A stretch of DNA of 64,000 bases from Alphaproteobacteria bacterium. Its GTDB lineage: Bacteria > Pseudomonadota > Alphaproteobacteria > UBA8366 > JADFVY01. The stretch spans positions 147-64,146 of the forward strand of contig JBFGQV010000002.1 of the NCBI GenBank assembly GCA_041563955.1, given 5' to 3'. Each line of letters starts with the position of its first letter. The stretch's first letter is position 1. Both the position numbers and the translations under genes were made by a program. Under the pieces are notes generated by a model. That model saw only the letters and a program-made list of their open reading frames with translations. It was not told where the DNA came from and ran no database searches. This document shows positions 27,882 to 37,591 of the stretch, piece after piece.

Positions 27882-27911
27882 TTGGCATCTGCCGGGGCGA
27901 CGCGCTATATC
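27882..27911 (+). promoter_or_regulatory. Candidate sigma-70 promoter (TTGGCA-18 nt-TATATC) directly abutting the HIG1-like ORF
   Basis: The -10 hexamer ends 7 nt before the ATG at 27919, and there is no Shine-Dalgarno in between. Pattern match only. Confidence 0.3.
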
Positions 27912-27918
27912 GCTGGGC

Positions 27919-28119
27919 ATGTCCGACACCCTGACCATTCTGCTGTTCGTGGCCATGGGCATCACGGTCGTGGTGCTGTTTACCGGTCTCATCTCGATGG
28001 CGCGCGGCGGCGCGTTCAACCGCAAGCACTCCAACCGGCTGATGCGTCTGCGGGTGCTTTTCCAGGGCATCGCGGTCCTGATCTTCGTGTTGCTGGCATT
28101 CGTCTTCAAAGGCGACTGA
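27919..28119 (+). CDS. Twin-transmembrane-helix small protein (HIG1-domain like)
   Basis: 66 aa with two hydrophobic helices separated by MARGGAFNRKHSNRLMRLRV, the typical HIG1/twin-TM small protein pattern. Confidence 0.7.
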   Translation: MSDTLTILLFVAMGITVVVLFTGLISMARGGAFNRKHSNRLMRLRVLFQGIAVLIFVLLAFVFKGD

Positions 28120-28127
28120 GGCCGCGC

Positions 28128-28691
28128 ATGGTCAAGCTGACGAAAATCTACACACGCGGCGGCGATGCCGGCGAGACCTCGCTGGGCGACGGCACCCGCG
28201 TGCGCAAGGATGCGTTGCGCGTCGACGCCTACGGAACGGTCGATGAGGCCAATGCGGCAATCGGCATCGCCCGCCTGGCCACGCAGGGCGAGCCCGACGC
28301 CATGCTCGGCCGGATCCAGAACGATCTGTTCGATCTCGGTGCGGACCTTTGCCGACCGGAGGGCGGGCACAGGGCCGAAGGCGGGTTGCGCGTCACCGCA
28401 GTCCAGGTGGCGCGGCTCGAGGCCGAGATCGACCGGCTGAATGCGGATCTCGCGCCGCTCGAGAGCTTCGTCCTGCCCGGCGGCAGCGCGGCCGCCGCAC
28501 ACCTTCACCTCGCACGCACGATAACGCGACGTGCCGAGCGGCTGGCGGTGGCCCTCGCCAAGGCGGAGCCGGTCAACCCGGAGGCAGTCCGGTACTTGAA
28601 CAGGCTGTCTGATTTGCTGTTCGTCCTGGCCCGCCACTGCAACGATGGCGGGGCCGGCGACGTGCTGTGGACGCCGGGCGCGAATCGGTAA
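28128..28691 (+). CDS. ATP:cob(I)alamin adenosyltransferase, PduO type
   Basis: MVKLTKIYTRGGDAGETSL...DAYGTVDEANA is the canonical PduO-type N-terminus. About 187 aa. Confidence 0.85.
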   Translation: MVKLTKIYTRGGDAGETSLGDGTRVRKDALRVDAYGTVDEANAAIGIARLATQGEPDAMLGRIQNDLFDLGADLCRPEGGHRAEGGLRVTAVQVARLEAEIDRLNADLAPLESFVLPGGSAAAAHLHLARTITRRAERLAVALAKAEPVNPEAVRYLNRLSDLLFVLARHCNDGGAGDVLWTPGANR

Positions 28692-28798
28692 CCGGCGGGG
28701 CGCCCGCGCCGGACAATCATCGTTGACCGGCGGTCGCGGGCCGGAGACCGGATCGCAACCCGGGCACGGTGCCGTTGTTTTGCGACTGCGAAATGTTC

Positions 28799-28851
28799 TG
28801 CCGCATTGCGGCAATCCTTGCCTTGACAGGGGTTGTGCCCGGTCCTAAACA
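28799..28851 (+). promoter_or_regulatory. Palindrome TGCCGCA-T-TGCGGCA followed by a candidate promoter TTGACA-17 nt-TAAACA upstream of etfB
   Basis: The inverted repeat is at 28799-28813, the -35 at 28823-28828 and the -10 at 28846-28851. The etfB ATG is at 28901. Confidence 0.35.
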
Positions 28852-28900
28852 GGGGCGTTTTCGCTGCCGCGCACCATCCCCACTGTCGCAGGGAGCCATC

Positions 28901-29650
28901 ATGAAAATTCTCGTCGCCGTGAAGCGCGTCATCGATCCCAACGTCAAGGTCCGCGTCAAGGCGGACGGCACGGGGGTCGAGACCGCGAACGTCAAAATGG
29001 CCATGAACCCGTTCGACGAAATTGCCGTCGAGGAGGCCATCCGCATGCGCGAGGCCGGCAAGGCAGAAGAAGTCGTCGCCGTTTCGATCGGCGCGCGCCA
29101 GGTCCAGGAGACGATCCGCACGGCGCTGGCCATGGGCGCGGACCGTGGCATCCACGTCGCGTCCGACGAAGAGATCCAGCCGCTGGCGGCGGCCAAGCTC
29201 CTGAAGGCGGTGGTCGAGAAGGAACAGCCGCAATTCGTGATTCTCGGCAAGCAGGCGATCGATGACGATGCCGGACAGACCGGGCAGATGCTGGCCGGAC
29301 TGCTCGGCTGGAGCCAGGCGACCTTCGCCTCGAAGATCGTGATCGGGGACGGCGAGGCGGAGATTACGCGCGAGGTCGACGGCGGGCTCGAGACGATCAA
29401 GTCGAAGCTGCCGGTCGTGGTGACCACCGACCTGCGCCTCAACGAGCCGCGCTACGCCTCGCTGCCGAACATCATGAAGGCGAAGAAGAAGCCCATCGAG
29501 GAGATCTCGCCGGCCGATCTGGGTGCCGACGCGGCGCCGCGGCTCAAGCTCGTCAAGGTCGTCGAGCCGCCGAAACGCAAGGCCGGGGTGAAGGTCGAGT
29601 CGGCCGCCGAGCTGGTGGACAAGCTGAGAAACGAAGCGAAGGTGATCTGA
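28901..29650 (+). CDS. etfB: Electron transfer flavoprotein beta subunit
   Basis: [20 protein letters not shown]...[12 protein letters not shown] is the canonical EtfB N-terminus. Confidence 0.9.
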   Translation: MKILVAVKRVIDPNVKVRVKADGTGVETANVKMAMNPFDEIAVEEAIRMREAGKAEEVVAVSIGARQVQETIRTALAMGADRGIHVASDEEIQPLAAAKLLKAVVEKEQPQFVILGKQAIDDDAGQTGQMLAGLLGWSQATFASKIVIGDGEAEITREVDGGLETIKSKLPVVVTTDLRLNEPRYASLPNIMKAKKKPIEEISPADLGADAAPRLKLVKVVEPPKRKAGVKVESAAELVDKLRNEAKVI

Positions 29651-29653
29651 ATC

Positions 29654-30595
29654 ATGAGTGTCCTGGTCATCGCAGAGCACGACGACGCCGAGCTGAAGCC
29701 GGCGACACTGAACACGGTTACCGCGGCCAAGGCGCTCGGCCAGGAGATCCACGTGCTGGTGGTCGGGGACGGCTGCGCCGATGTCGCCGCGAGCGCAGCG
29801 AAGATCGACGGCGTGGCCAAGGTGCTGGTCGCAGATGCTCCGGAATACGCGCACCGCCTGGCCGAGAACGTCGTCAACCTGCTGGTCGGCCTCGCCGACG
29901 GCTACAGCCACATCCTTGCGCCGCACACGACGTCGGGCAAGAACATCCTGCCCCGCGTTGCGGCCCTGCTGGACACCCAGCAGGTATCGGACATCACCGC
30001 CGTGGTCTCCGAGGACACCTTCGAGCGGCCGATCTACGCCGGGAACGGCATTGCCACGGTGCAGGCGACGGATGCGAAGAAACTGGTGACGGTGCGCGCC
30101 ACCGCATTCGAGCCGGCCGACGAGGACGGCGGATCGGCCGCGGTCGAGCCGGTCGCCGCGACGGGCGATGCCGGCCTGTCGAGTTTCGTGCGGGCCGAGA
30201 CCAGCCAATCCGAGCGGCCGGAACTCACCTCGGCCAAGATCATCATCTCCGGCGGCCGCGGCATGCAGTCGGGCGAGAACTTCCAGATGCTGGAGCGCGT
30301 CGCCGACAAGCTGGGGGCGGCGGTCGGCGCCAGCCGCGCCGCCGTCGATGCCGGGTTCGTGCCGAACGACTACCAGGTCGGCCAGACCGGCAAGATCGTG
30401 GCCCCCGACCTGTATATCGCGGTGGGGCTGTCCGGCGCCATCCAGCATCTCGCCGGCATGAAGGATTCGAAGGTCATCGTTGCGATCAACAAGGACGAGG
30501 AGGCGCCGATCTTCCAGGTCGCCGATTACGGCATCGTGGGCGACCTGTTCGATGTCGTTCCGCAGCTGGAGGCGGAGCTCGACAAGCTGGGCTGA
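29654..30595 (+). CDS. etfA: Electron transfer flavoprotein alpha subunit
   Basis: 313 aa. The C-terminal FAD motif is [37 protein letters not shown]. Confidence 0.9.
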   Translation: MSVLVIAEHDDAELKPATLNTVTAAKALGQEIHVLVVGDGCADVAASAAKIDGVAKVLVADAPEYAHRLAENVVNLLVGLADGYSHILAPHTTSGKNILPRVAALLDTQQVSDITAVVSEDTFERPIYAGNGIATVQATDAKKLVTVRATAFEPADEDGGSAAVEPVAATGDAGLSSFVRAETSQSERPELTSAKIIISGGRGMQSGENFQMLERVADKLGAAVGASRAAVDAGFVPNDYQVGQTGKIVAPDLYIAVGLSGAIQHLAGMKDSKVIVAINKDEEAPIFQVADYGIVGDLFDVVPQLEAELDKLG

Positions 30596-30646
30596 GGCCG
30601 GCGCGGCGCCGCGCGTCCGCAGAACGAGAAAAAGGATTTCGGTCTT

Positions 30647-31519
30647 ATGATCAAGACAATCGGCGTGATCGGCGCCGGCCAGATGGGCAACGGTATCGCG
30701 CATGTGGCGGCCCTTGCGGGCTACGACGTGAAGCTCCTGGACGTCTCGCAGGAGCAGATCGACAAGGCCCTGTCGACGATCGACCGCAACTTGGACCGGC
30801 AGATCAAGCGCAAGAAGATCAGCAAGGAGGACAAGGACGCCGCGCTGGCCCGCATCGAAACCGGGCAGGACTACGCCATCTTCGGCGATTGCGATATCGT
30901 GATCGAGGCGGCGACGGAGAACGAGGAGATCAAGCGCTCGATCTTCAAGGCGCTGGTGCCGCATCTGAACGAGACCGCGCTGGTCGCCACCAACACCTCG
31001 TCGCTGTCGATCACGCGCCTCGCCACCGTGACGGACCGGCCGGAGCGCTTCATCGGCATGCATTTCATGAACCCGGTGCCGGTGATGAAGCTGATCGAGC
31101 TGATCCGCGGCCTGGCGACCAACGACGAGACCTTCCAGGCGGTGCGCAAGCTGTCGGAGGATCTCGGCAAGACGATCGCCGTGGCCGAGGATTTTCCGGC
31201 CTTCATCGTCAACCGCATCCTGCTGCCGATGATCAACGAGGCGATCTATACGCTGTACGAGGGGGTCGGCGGGGTCGAGGCCATCGACACGGCGATGAAG
31301 CTGGGCGCGAACCATCCGATGGGCCCGCTGGAGCTCGCCGACTTCATCGGGCTGGATGTGTGCCTGTCGGTGATGCAGGTGCTGTACGACGGGCTCGCCG
31401 ATTCGAAATACCGGCCGTGCCCGCTGCTGGTCAAGTATGTCGAAGCCGGCTGGCTTGGCCGCAAGTCGGGCCGCGGCTTTTACGACTACGGCGGCGAAAC
31501 GCCGGTCCCGACACGGTGA
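30647..31519 (+). CDS. hbd: 3-Hydroxybutyryl-CoA dehydrogenase (NAD-dependent 3-hydroxyacyl-CoA dehydrogenase)
   Basis: [14 protein letters not shown] is the Rossmann motif. TNTSSLSIT and [13 protein letters not shown] are motifs of the Hbd family. 290 aa. Confidence 0.9.
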   Translation: MIKTIGVIGAGQMGNGIAHVAALAGYDVKLLDVSQEQIDKALSTIDRNLDRQIKRKKISKEDKDAALARIETGQDYAIFGDCDIVIEAATENEEIKRSIFKALVPHLNETALVATNTSSLSITRLATVTDRPERFIGMHFMNPVPVMKLIELIRGLATNDETFQAVRKLSEDLGKTIAVAEDFPAFIVNRILLPMINEAIYTLYEGVGGVEAIDTAMKLGANHPMGPLELADFIGLDVCLSVMQVLYDGLADSKYRPCPLLVKYVEAGWLGRKSGRGFYDYGGETPVPTR

Positions 31520-31606
31520 CGTCGGTCAACCCGCTGCGCCGCGGCGAGCGACCGGAGGCGTGAAACGAGCCCATGCGTTAGGGTTTTCCGCGGGGTTCGG
31601 GGCCCG

Positions 31607-32239
31607 TTAATTGTCCGACAGCTTCCTGGGCGGACCGGGGCGGCAGGCGCAGCCGGCCTTGTCGAGCCGGTCGTCCCTGCCCTCTCGCAGGTAGTGCCGG
31701 ATCAGGGCGATGCCCTCCTCGGAGTCCCATTCCGCGTAGCCCGGCAGCTCGCCGACGACGCGCCCCTCGCGATCTATGAGGAAGGTCCAGGGCAGGGCCC
31801 GCATGCCGAGCGCCTGACCGAGTTTCATCTTCGGATCGAGAAACAGGTCGAGCCGGTGGATGTCGAGCTTCTCGAGAAACGGGGCGGCCACCGCGGCGCC
31901 GCCGCGGTCCTGGTTGACCGCCAGAACGCGCAGCCCCTCGCCCCCGAGTTCGAACTGCAGCCTGTCGAGCGAGGGCAGTTCGCGGATGCAGGGGGCGCAC
32001 CAGGTGGCCCAGAAGTTGACCAGCAGGACGCGGCCCTTGAAGTCGCCGAGCTTGACCTCGGACCCGTTTCCGGCGAGGAACGGGGTCTGCGACGCTGGAA
32101 GCGGCGGGTCTTTGAAGCTAAATTGCTCCATCCAGCCGGTTACGGGCGGCGGCTCGTCCGCGCCGGCGGGTCCGCTCAGCACACCGGAGACGGCGCCAAA
32201 ACCGATGGCCAGGGCCACGATGCAGACATTCTTGTTCAT
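31607..32239 (-). CDS. TlpA-like periplasmic thiol:disulfide oxidoreductase (thioredoxin fold)
   Basis: Start at [14 protein letters not shown] (signal/anchor). [14 protein letters not shown] is the CxxC active site. Confidence 0.8.
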   Translation of the reverse strand: MNKNVCIVALAIGFGAVSGVLSGPAGADEPPPVTGWMEQFSFKDPPLPASQTPFLAGNGSEVKLGDFKGRVLLVNFWATWCAPCIRELPSLDRLQFELGGEGLRVLAVNQDRGGAAVAAPFLEKLDIHRLDLFLDPKMKLGQALGMRALPWTFLIDREGRVVGELPGYAEWDSEEGIALIRHYLREGRDDRLDKAGCACRPGPPRKLSDN

Positions 32240-32266
32240 ACCTGTCTCCCGCCGATGGACGCGGCC

Positions 32267-33649
32267 ATGAGCGCCAACGAAATGTGGGGCGGGCGTTTCG
32301 CCGCCGGGCCGTCGGACGTGATGGAACGGATCAACGCATCCATCGGCTTCGATTGGCGACTCTACGCCCAGGACATCGCGGCGTCCAAGGCTCATTGCGC
32401 GATGCTGGTGGACCAGGGGATCGTCGGCGCCGAGGACGGCGCGGCGATCCAGGACGGCCTCGATGGCATCCTGAAGGAAATCGAGTCGGGACGCTTCGAA
32501 TTCAAGCCCGCCCTGGAAGACATTCACATGAACGTCGAGGCCCGCCTTGCCGAATTGATCGGCGAGCCTGCCGGCCGCCTGCACACGGCGCGCAGCCGGA
32601 ACGACCAGGTAGCGACGGATTTCCGGCTCTGGGTGCGGGACCGGATCGACGCGCTGGATATGCAGCTGGGTGATCTGCTGGGGGTACTGATCGACCGGGC
32701 GGAGGCGGAGGCCGACACGCTGATGCCCGGCTTCACCCATTTGCAGTCGGCGCAGCCGGTCACCTTCGGGCATCACCTGATGGCCTATGTCGAGATGTTC
32801 GGGCGCGACCGGAGCCGGTTCGCGGACTGCCGCAAACGGCTCAACGAATGCCCGCTGGGCGCGGCCGCGCTGGCGGGAACGTCGTTTCCGATCGACCGCA
32901 GGAAGACCGCCAAGGCGCTTGGCTTCAACCGGCCCATGGCGAATTCCCTCGACGCCGTGTCCGCGCGCGACTTCGCCCTCGAATTCCTCGCCGCGGCCGC
33001 GATCTGCGCCACCCATCTGTCACGCCTCAACGAGGAGATCGTGCTGTGGTGCTCGGAGCAGTTCGGCTTTGTCCGTCTGTCCGACGCGTTCACCACGGGC
33101 TCCTCGATCATGCCGCAGAAGCGCAATCCCGACGCCGCGGAGCTGGCGCGCGCCAAGGCCGGCCGCATCGTCGGCGCGCTGACCGCGCTGATGGTGGTGA
33201 TGAAGGGCCTGCCTCTGGCCTACGGCAAGGACATGCAGGAGGACAAGGAGCCGGTCTTCGATGCGGCCGGATCGCTGGCGCTGGCGCTGGCCGCGACGTC
33301 CGGCATGGTCGGCGATCTTAAGGCGGACCGGGCCGCCATGCGGGCGGCGCTCGAGCCCGGATTTCCGACGGCGACGGATCTTGCCGACTGGCTGGTCCGG
33401 GTGCTTGGACTGCCGTTCCGCCAGGCGCATCACGTCACGGGTCGCCTCGTCGCACTGGCCGAAGAGCGGACCTGCCAGCTGGCAGATTTGGCGCTTGCGG
33501 ACATGCAGGCGATCGAGCCGCGCATCACCGCGGACCTGTTCGACGTGCTGTCGCCGGAGAATTCGGTGCGCAGCCGCACCAGCCTCGGCGGGACGGCGCC
33601 CGCATGCGTCCGCAAGGCCGCCGCCGCGGCACGGAAACGCCTGCTGTGA
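32267..33649 (+). CDS. argH: Argininosuccinate lyase
   Basis: [15 protein letters not shown]..., [13 protein letters not shown] (the fumarate lyase signature GSSxMPxKxN). An alternative start lies 12 nt upstream at 32255. Confidence 0.9.
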   Translation: MSANEMWGGRFAAGPSDVMERINASIGFDWRLYAQDIAASKAHCAMLVDQGIVGAEDGAAIQDGLDGILKEIESGRFEFKPALEDIHMNVEARLAELIGEPAGRLHTARSRNDQVATDFRLWVRDRIDALDMQLGDLLGVLIDRAEAEADTLMPGFTHLQSAQPVTFGHHLMAYVEMFGRDRSRFADCRKRLNECPLGAAALAGTSFPIDRRKTAKALGFNRPMANSLDAVSARDFALEFLAAAAICATHLSRLNEEIVLWCSEQFGFVRLSDAFTTGSSIMPQKRNPDAAELARAKAGRIVGALTALMVVMKGLPLAYGKDMQEDKEPVFDAAGSLALALAATSGMVGDLKADRAAMRAALEPGFPTATDLADWLVRVLGLPFRQAHHVTGRLVALAEERTCQLADLALADMQAIEPRITADLFDVLSPENSVRSRTSLGGTAPACVRKAAAAARKRLL

Positions 33650-33783
33650 GCCGCCGCCGCTTTCTGGGCCTGATGGCGGGCGCAGCCGCCGCCACTGTCG
33701 GCGGCTGCGGCAAGAAGGGCCGGCCGAAGCCGCCGGAGCCGGAACGAAGCAGGTTTCCACGCCAGTATCCGAAGCCGGAATGA
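33646..33783 (+). CDS. Small LptM/YifL/LppL-like lipoprotein with twin-arginine-like signal (not in the supplied ORF track)
   Basis: A GTG at 33646 overlaps the argH stop (GTGA). The 45-aa product is [45 protein letters not shown]. It has a lipobox VGGC followed by GKKG-P, as in LptM-type lipopeptides. Its stop overlaps the lysA start (ATGA at 33780-33783). Confidence 0.55.
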   Translation: MSRRRFLGLMAGAAAATVGGCGKKGRPKPPEPERSRFPRQYPKPE

Positions 33784-35051
33784 ATCACTTCCAGTATATC
33801 GACGGCGAACTGCACGCCGAGGACGTCCCGCTTGCCGAGATCGCCAGCGACGTCGGGACGCCGTTCTACTGCTATGCGACTGCGACCCTGGAACGTCACT
33901 ACAGGGTGTTCGCAAAGGCATTCGCAGGCCACGACGCGCTGATCTGCTATGCCGTCAAGGCGAACGCCAACGTTGCGGTCATACGCACGCTGGCGGATCT
34001 CGGGGCCGGCGCCGACGTGGTGTCGGGCGGTGAGCTGCGCAAGGCGCTGGCCGGCGGCGTGCCGCCCGAGCGCATCGTCTTTTCCGGCGTCGGCAAGACC
34101 CGCGTGGAAATGGCGCATGCCCTAGACTGCGGGATCATGCAGCTGAACGTCGAATCGGTCCCGGAGCTGGAGGCGCTGAGCGCGATCGCGACGGACAAGG
34201 GCGTGACCGCAGATATCGGGATCCGCATCAATCCCGACGTCGACGCGCGGACCCATGCGAAGATCTCCACCGGCAAGGCGGAGAACAAGTTCGGCATCGC
34301 CGTCTCGGCCACCGCCGACGTCTTCGCGCGGGCGGAGGCACTGCCGGGCATCCGGCCGGTCTCCGTTGCGGTCCATATCGGATCGCAGCTGACCGACCTG
34401 GAGCCGTTTCGCGCCGCGTTCACCAAGCTCGCGGCGCTGGTCCGGGAGCTGCGCGGCCGCGGACACAGGATCGAGCGCGTCGATCTCGGCGGCGGGCTGG
34501 GCATTCCCTACCGCGAGGAGGCGCCGCCCCTGCCGATCGACTACTCGGCAATGGTCAAGGACACGGTCGGCGACCTCGGCTGCCAGCTTGTCTTCGAGCC
34601 GGGGCGGATGCTGGTGGGCAACGCCGGCATCCTGGTCAGCCGCGTGATCTACGTGAAGGAGGGCGAGGCCAAGCGCTTCGTCATCATCGATGCGGCGATG
34701 AACGACCTCTTGCGCCCAGCGATGTACGATGCATGGCACGAGATCCGGCCGGTCACGGCCCCGCTGCCCGACGCGCCGGCCGCGCCGGTGGACGTCGTCG
34801 GACCGGCCTGCGAGACCAGCGACACCTTTGCGCGGCAACGCAATCTCACACCTGTTCGTGAAGGCGATCTTGTGGCAATCTTAACCGCCGGCGCGTATGG
34901 TTCGGCGATGGCGTCGACATACAATATGCGGTTGCTGACGCCGGAGGTGCTGGTGCGCGGCGCGCAATGGTCGGTTGTGCGTGCGCGGCCCAGCTATGAA
35001 GATCTGCTTCGGCAGGAGGCTCTGGCCAAATGGCAGGATGGCCCTAGATAG
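33780..35051 (+). CDS. lysA: Diaminopimelate decarboxylase
   Basis: [18 protein letters not shown]...GTPFYCY...YAVKANAN (PLP lysine), and GGGLGIPY. About 423 aa. Confidence 0.9.
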   Translation: MNHFQYIDGELHAEDVPLAEIASDVGTPFYCYATATLERHYRVFAKAFAGHDALICYAVKANANVAVIRTLADLGAGADVVSGGELRKALAGGVPPERIVFSGVGKTRVEMAHALDCGIMQLNVESVPELEALSAIATDKGVTADIGIRINPDVDARTHAKISTGKAENKFGIAVSATADVFARAEALPGIRPVSVAVHIGSQLTDLEPFRAAFTKLAALVRELRGRGHRIERVDLGGGLGIPYREEAPPLPIDYSAMVKDTVGDLGCQLVFEPGRMLVGNAGILVSRVIYVKEGEAKRFVIIDAAMNDLLRPAMYDAWHEIRPVTAPLPDAPAAPVDVVGPACETSDTFARQRNLTPVREGDLVAILTAGAYGSAMASTYNMRLLTPEVLVRGAQWSVVRARPSYEDLLRQEALAKWQDGPR

Positions 35052-35080
35052 CTATTGCGGCGGATGGCAGAGGATTTCGC

Positions 35081-37591
35081 ATGATCAGACAGCGTGAGGA
35101 TGCCTACTGGCTCTTGCGGGTATCGCTATCCGCGGTGGTGCTGTTTTGCGAGCGTTTGTGGCGGGCGCTGTGGCCGGCCCTGGGGATCGCCGGGGTGTTC
35201 GTCGCGCTGGCCCTGTTCGATGCGTTCGCCGCAGTTCCGGGCTGGCTGCACGGTGTTGCCCTGTTCGTCTTCGCAATGGCGCTGGCGACCGCGCTTTGGC
35301 GCGAATTCAGCCGGTTCCGGATGCCGGAGCACACGGCCGCACGCCGCCGGCTCGAGCGGGTCAACGAGCTGACCCATCGGCCGCTGGAAGCGCTGGATGA
35401 CGATGTTGCCGGCGGCGCCGACGCCGATCCGGTGACGCGCGCCCTGTGGCAACGGCATCAGACGCGGATGCGCGAATCCATCGCCGGGCTGAGGGTCGGC
35501 GCGCCGCATCCGAGGCTCGCCCGAAAAGACCGTCACGCCCTGCGTTTCGGCATTGTGATCGCTCTCGGCATTTCGGTCATCGTTGCCGGCGACGATGCCG
35601 GAAACCGGCTGCTGCAAGCATTGCTGCCGGATGTTTCCGCCATGCCGGCGCGCGATGCGAAACTCGATGCCTGGCTGACGCCGCCCGAATACACCGGCAA
35701 GCCGCCCGTCTTCCTGGCCGGCGGCGCCGATCGAAAGGCGCCCGACGGCCCGATCACGGCGCCCCAGGGCAGCCTTCTGGTGGCCCAGGTCAGCGACGCA
35801 GGATCGGCGCCCGTGGTCAGGCTGCCCGGGCGCGAGGAAGACGGGACGGCGTTCGACGCCACCGCGGAGAGCAGTTACCGCATTCGGATTCCGCTCGAGG
35901 AGGACGGCCGCGTGGCGGTCCAGCTGGAGGGGCGCGACCTCGGGGCGTGGGATGTCGTGATCATCCCCGACCGGGCGCCGACCGTCGCCTTCCTCAGCGA
36001 GCCGGGGGAGACGGCTCTCGGCGCGTTGCGCATCGATTTCGAGGCGCACGACGATTACGGCCTGGCAGGGGTTACCGCGACGATCCGCAGGGAGGAGGGC
36101 TCCGCCGCCGACTCCGACGCAATCGTCTTCGACCTGCCGCTGCCCGGGCTCAATGCCACCGACGCGGCCGGCACCGGGTACCAGGATCTGACCCCACATC
36201 CCTGGGCCGGCCTGCCGGTTCTGGTGCAGCTGACGGCGCGCGACGGCCGGGGCCAGCGGGGGATGAGCGGCGCGATCAGCATCGTCCTGCCGGAGCGGAT
36301 CTTCAACCACCCCGTGGCGCGCGAGATCATCGCCCAGCGCAAGCGCCTGACAGCGGAGCCGGAGGCGGCGCGCGACTCGGTCGGGGCCGAGCTGCAGGGG
36401 ATTGCCGGTCGCACTGACGCCTATGACGGCGACGTCGTCGTGTTCATGGCGCTGTACACCGCCAGCCGGCGCCTCAAATACGGTACCGCGGCGGATACCA
36501 TCGAAGCGGTCCAGAAGCTGCTGTGGGACACTGCGCTGCGACTCGAAGACGGCGAGCTGTCGCTCGCCGCACGGGAGCTGCGCCGCCTGCAGCAGGAGCT
36601 TATGGAGGCGCTCGCCAACGATGCGTCGGACGAGGAACTTGCGCGGCTGATCGATGAGCTCGAGGCCGCACTCAACGAGCTGCTCGATGCCCTGGCCCGC
36701 ATGGAGCCGCAGGATACGGAGGGGCTGCCGTTCGATCCCGAGGCGCTGGCGATGACCCGGCAGGAACTGAAGGACCTCTTTGACCGCATGCGCGAGCTGG
36801 CGCAGACCGGCGCCAAGGACGCGGCACGGCAGATGCTCGCCGAACTTCAGAATCTGCTCGAGAATCTGCAGGCTGGCCGCATGGGACAAGCGCCGCAGCA
36901 GTTCCGCCAGGGCATGCAGATGCTGGATGCCTTGCAGGAGTTGATCCAGGGGCAACAGGAGCTGCTTGACCGCACCTATGGCGAGGCCCAACGGCGGAGC
37001 GAACAGGGCGGCCAGCCGCAGCCGCGAAACCGTGATGGGTCGCAGCAGGGCCAGCAGCAGGGTCAGCAGGGCCAACAGCAGGGTCAGCAAGGCCAGCAGG
37101 GTGGTCGCGGGTCCGTTGACACGGCCCTGCAGGAGGCGTTGCGCCGCGAGCTCGGCGAAATCATGCGCCAGTTGGGCGAGGTGACCGGTGAGATCCCGCG
37201 GCAGTTCGGACGGGCGGAAGGTGCGATGCGCCGGTCGACGGATGCTTTGCGCTCGGACCAGCCGGGCGCGGCGGTGCCGCCGCAGACCGAGGCCCTCGAC
37301 CAGTTGCGGGAAGGCGCCCGGGCGGCGACCGAACAGCTCATGCAGCAGTTCGGCGGCATGCAGGCCGGCTTCCAGCGTGGGCAGCCGAGCATGCAGTTCG
37401 GCCAACGGGACCCGCTGGGCCGCCGGACGGAGGGCAATCAGGGAATGACCCAGGGCGACGTGGAGATTCCCGGCGAAAGTGATATCCAGCGCGCCCGCAG
37501 GATTCTCGAGGAACTGCGCCGGCGCGCCGGGGAGCGCGAGCGGCCTCCGGTGGAACGCGATTACATAGACCGGCTTCTCGAACCCTACTGA
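35081..37591 (+). CDS. TIGR02302/DUF4175-family membrane protein with Gln/Gly low-complexity region
   Basis: 836 aa. N-terminal TM helices, a long coiled-coil-like Glu/Leu-rich part, and a QQGQQQGQQGQQQGQQGQQGG tract. Its position after lysA is typical of alphaproteobacteria. Confidence 0.75.
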   Translation: MIRQREDAYWLLRVSLSAVVLFCERLWRALWPALGIAGVFVALALFDAFAAVPGWLHGVALFVFAMALATALWREFSRFRMPEHTAARRRLERVNELTHRPLEALDDDVAGGADADPVTRALWQRHQTRMRESIAGLRVGAPHPRLARKDRHALRFGIVIALGISVIVAGDDAGNRLLQALLPDVSAMPARDAKLDAWLTPPEYTGKPPVFLAGGADRKAPDGPITAPQGSLLVAQVSDAGSAPVVRLPGREEDGTAFDATAESSYRIRIPLEEDGRVAVQLEGRDLGAWDVVIIPDRAPTVAFLSEPGETALGALRIDFEAHDDYGLAGVTATIRREEGSAADSDAIVFDLPLPGLNATDAAGTGYQDLTPHPWAGLPVLVQLTARDGRGQRGMSGAISIVLPERIFNHPVAREIIAQRKRLTAEPEAARDSVGAELQGIAGRTDAYDGDVVVFMALYTASRRLKYGTAADTIEAVQKLLWDTALRLEDGELSLAARELRRLQQELMEALANDASDEELARLIDELEAALNELLDALARMEPQDTEGLPFDPEALAMTRQELKDLFDRMRELAQTGAKDAARQMLAELQNLLENLQAGRMGQAPQQFRQGMQMLDALQELIQGQQELLDRTYGEAQRRSEQGGQPQPRNRDGSQQGQQQGQQGQQQGQQGQQGGRGSVDTALQEALRRELGEIMRQLGEVTGEIPRQFGRAEGAMRRSTDALRSDQPGAAVPPQTEALDQLREGARAATEQLMQQFGGMQAGFQRGQPSMQFGQRDPLGRRTEGNQGMTQGDVEIPGESDIQRARRILEELRRRAGERERPPVERDYIDRLLEPY
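37043..37103 (+). repeat. Imperfect CAGCAGGGY tandem repeat encoding a (QQG)n tract inside the TIGR02302-family gene
   Basis: cagcagggccagcagcagggtcagcagggccaacagcagggtcagcaaggccagcagggt, read directly. Confidence 0.8.

Noticed and set aside
28505-31315. A 936-aa ORF on the minus strand spanning etfB, etfA and hbd. Similar long ORFs include 200-2332(-), 19202-21484(+), 21518-22951(-), 35126-37405(-), 41937-43541(-) and 54274-57039(-).
   Set aside because: Each lies antisense to, or out of frame with, a gene that has strong family-specific motifs. Their translations are Arg/Ala/Gly/Pro-rich low-complexity sequence with no recognisable motifs. Long stop-free antisense frames are expected in GC-rich DNA.
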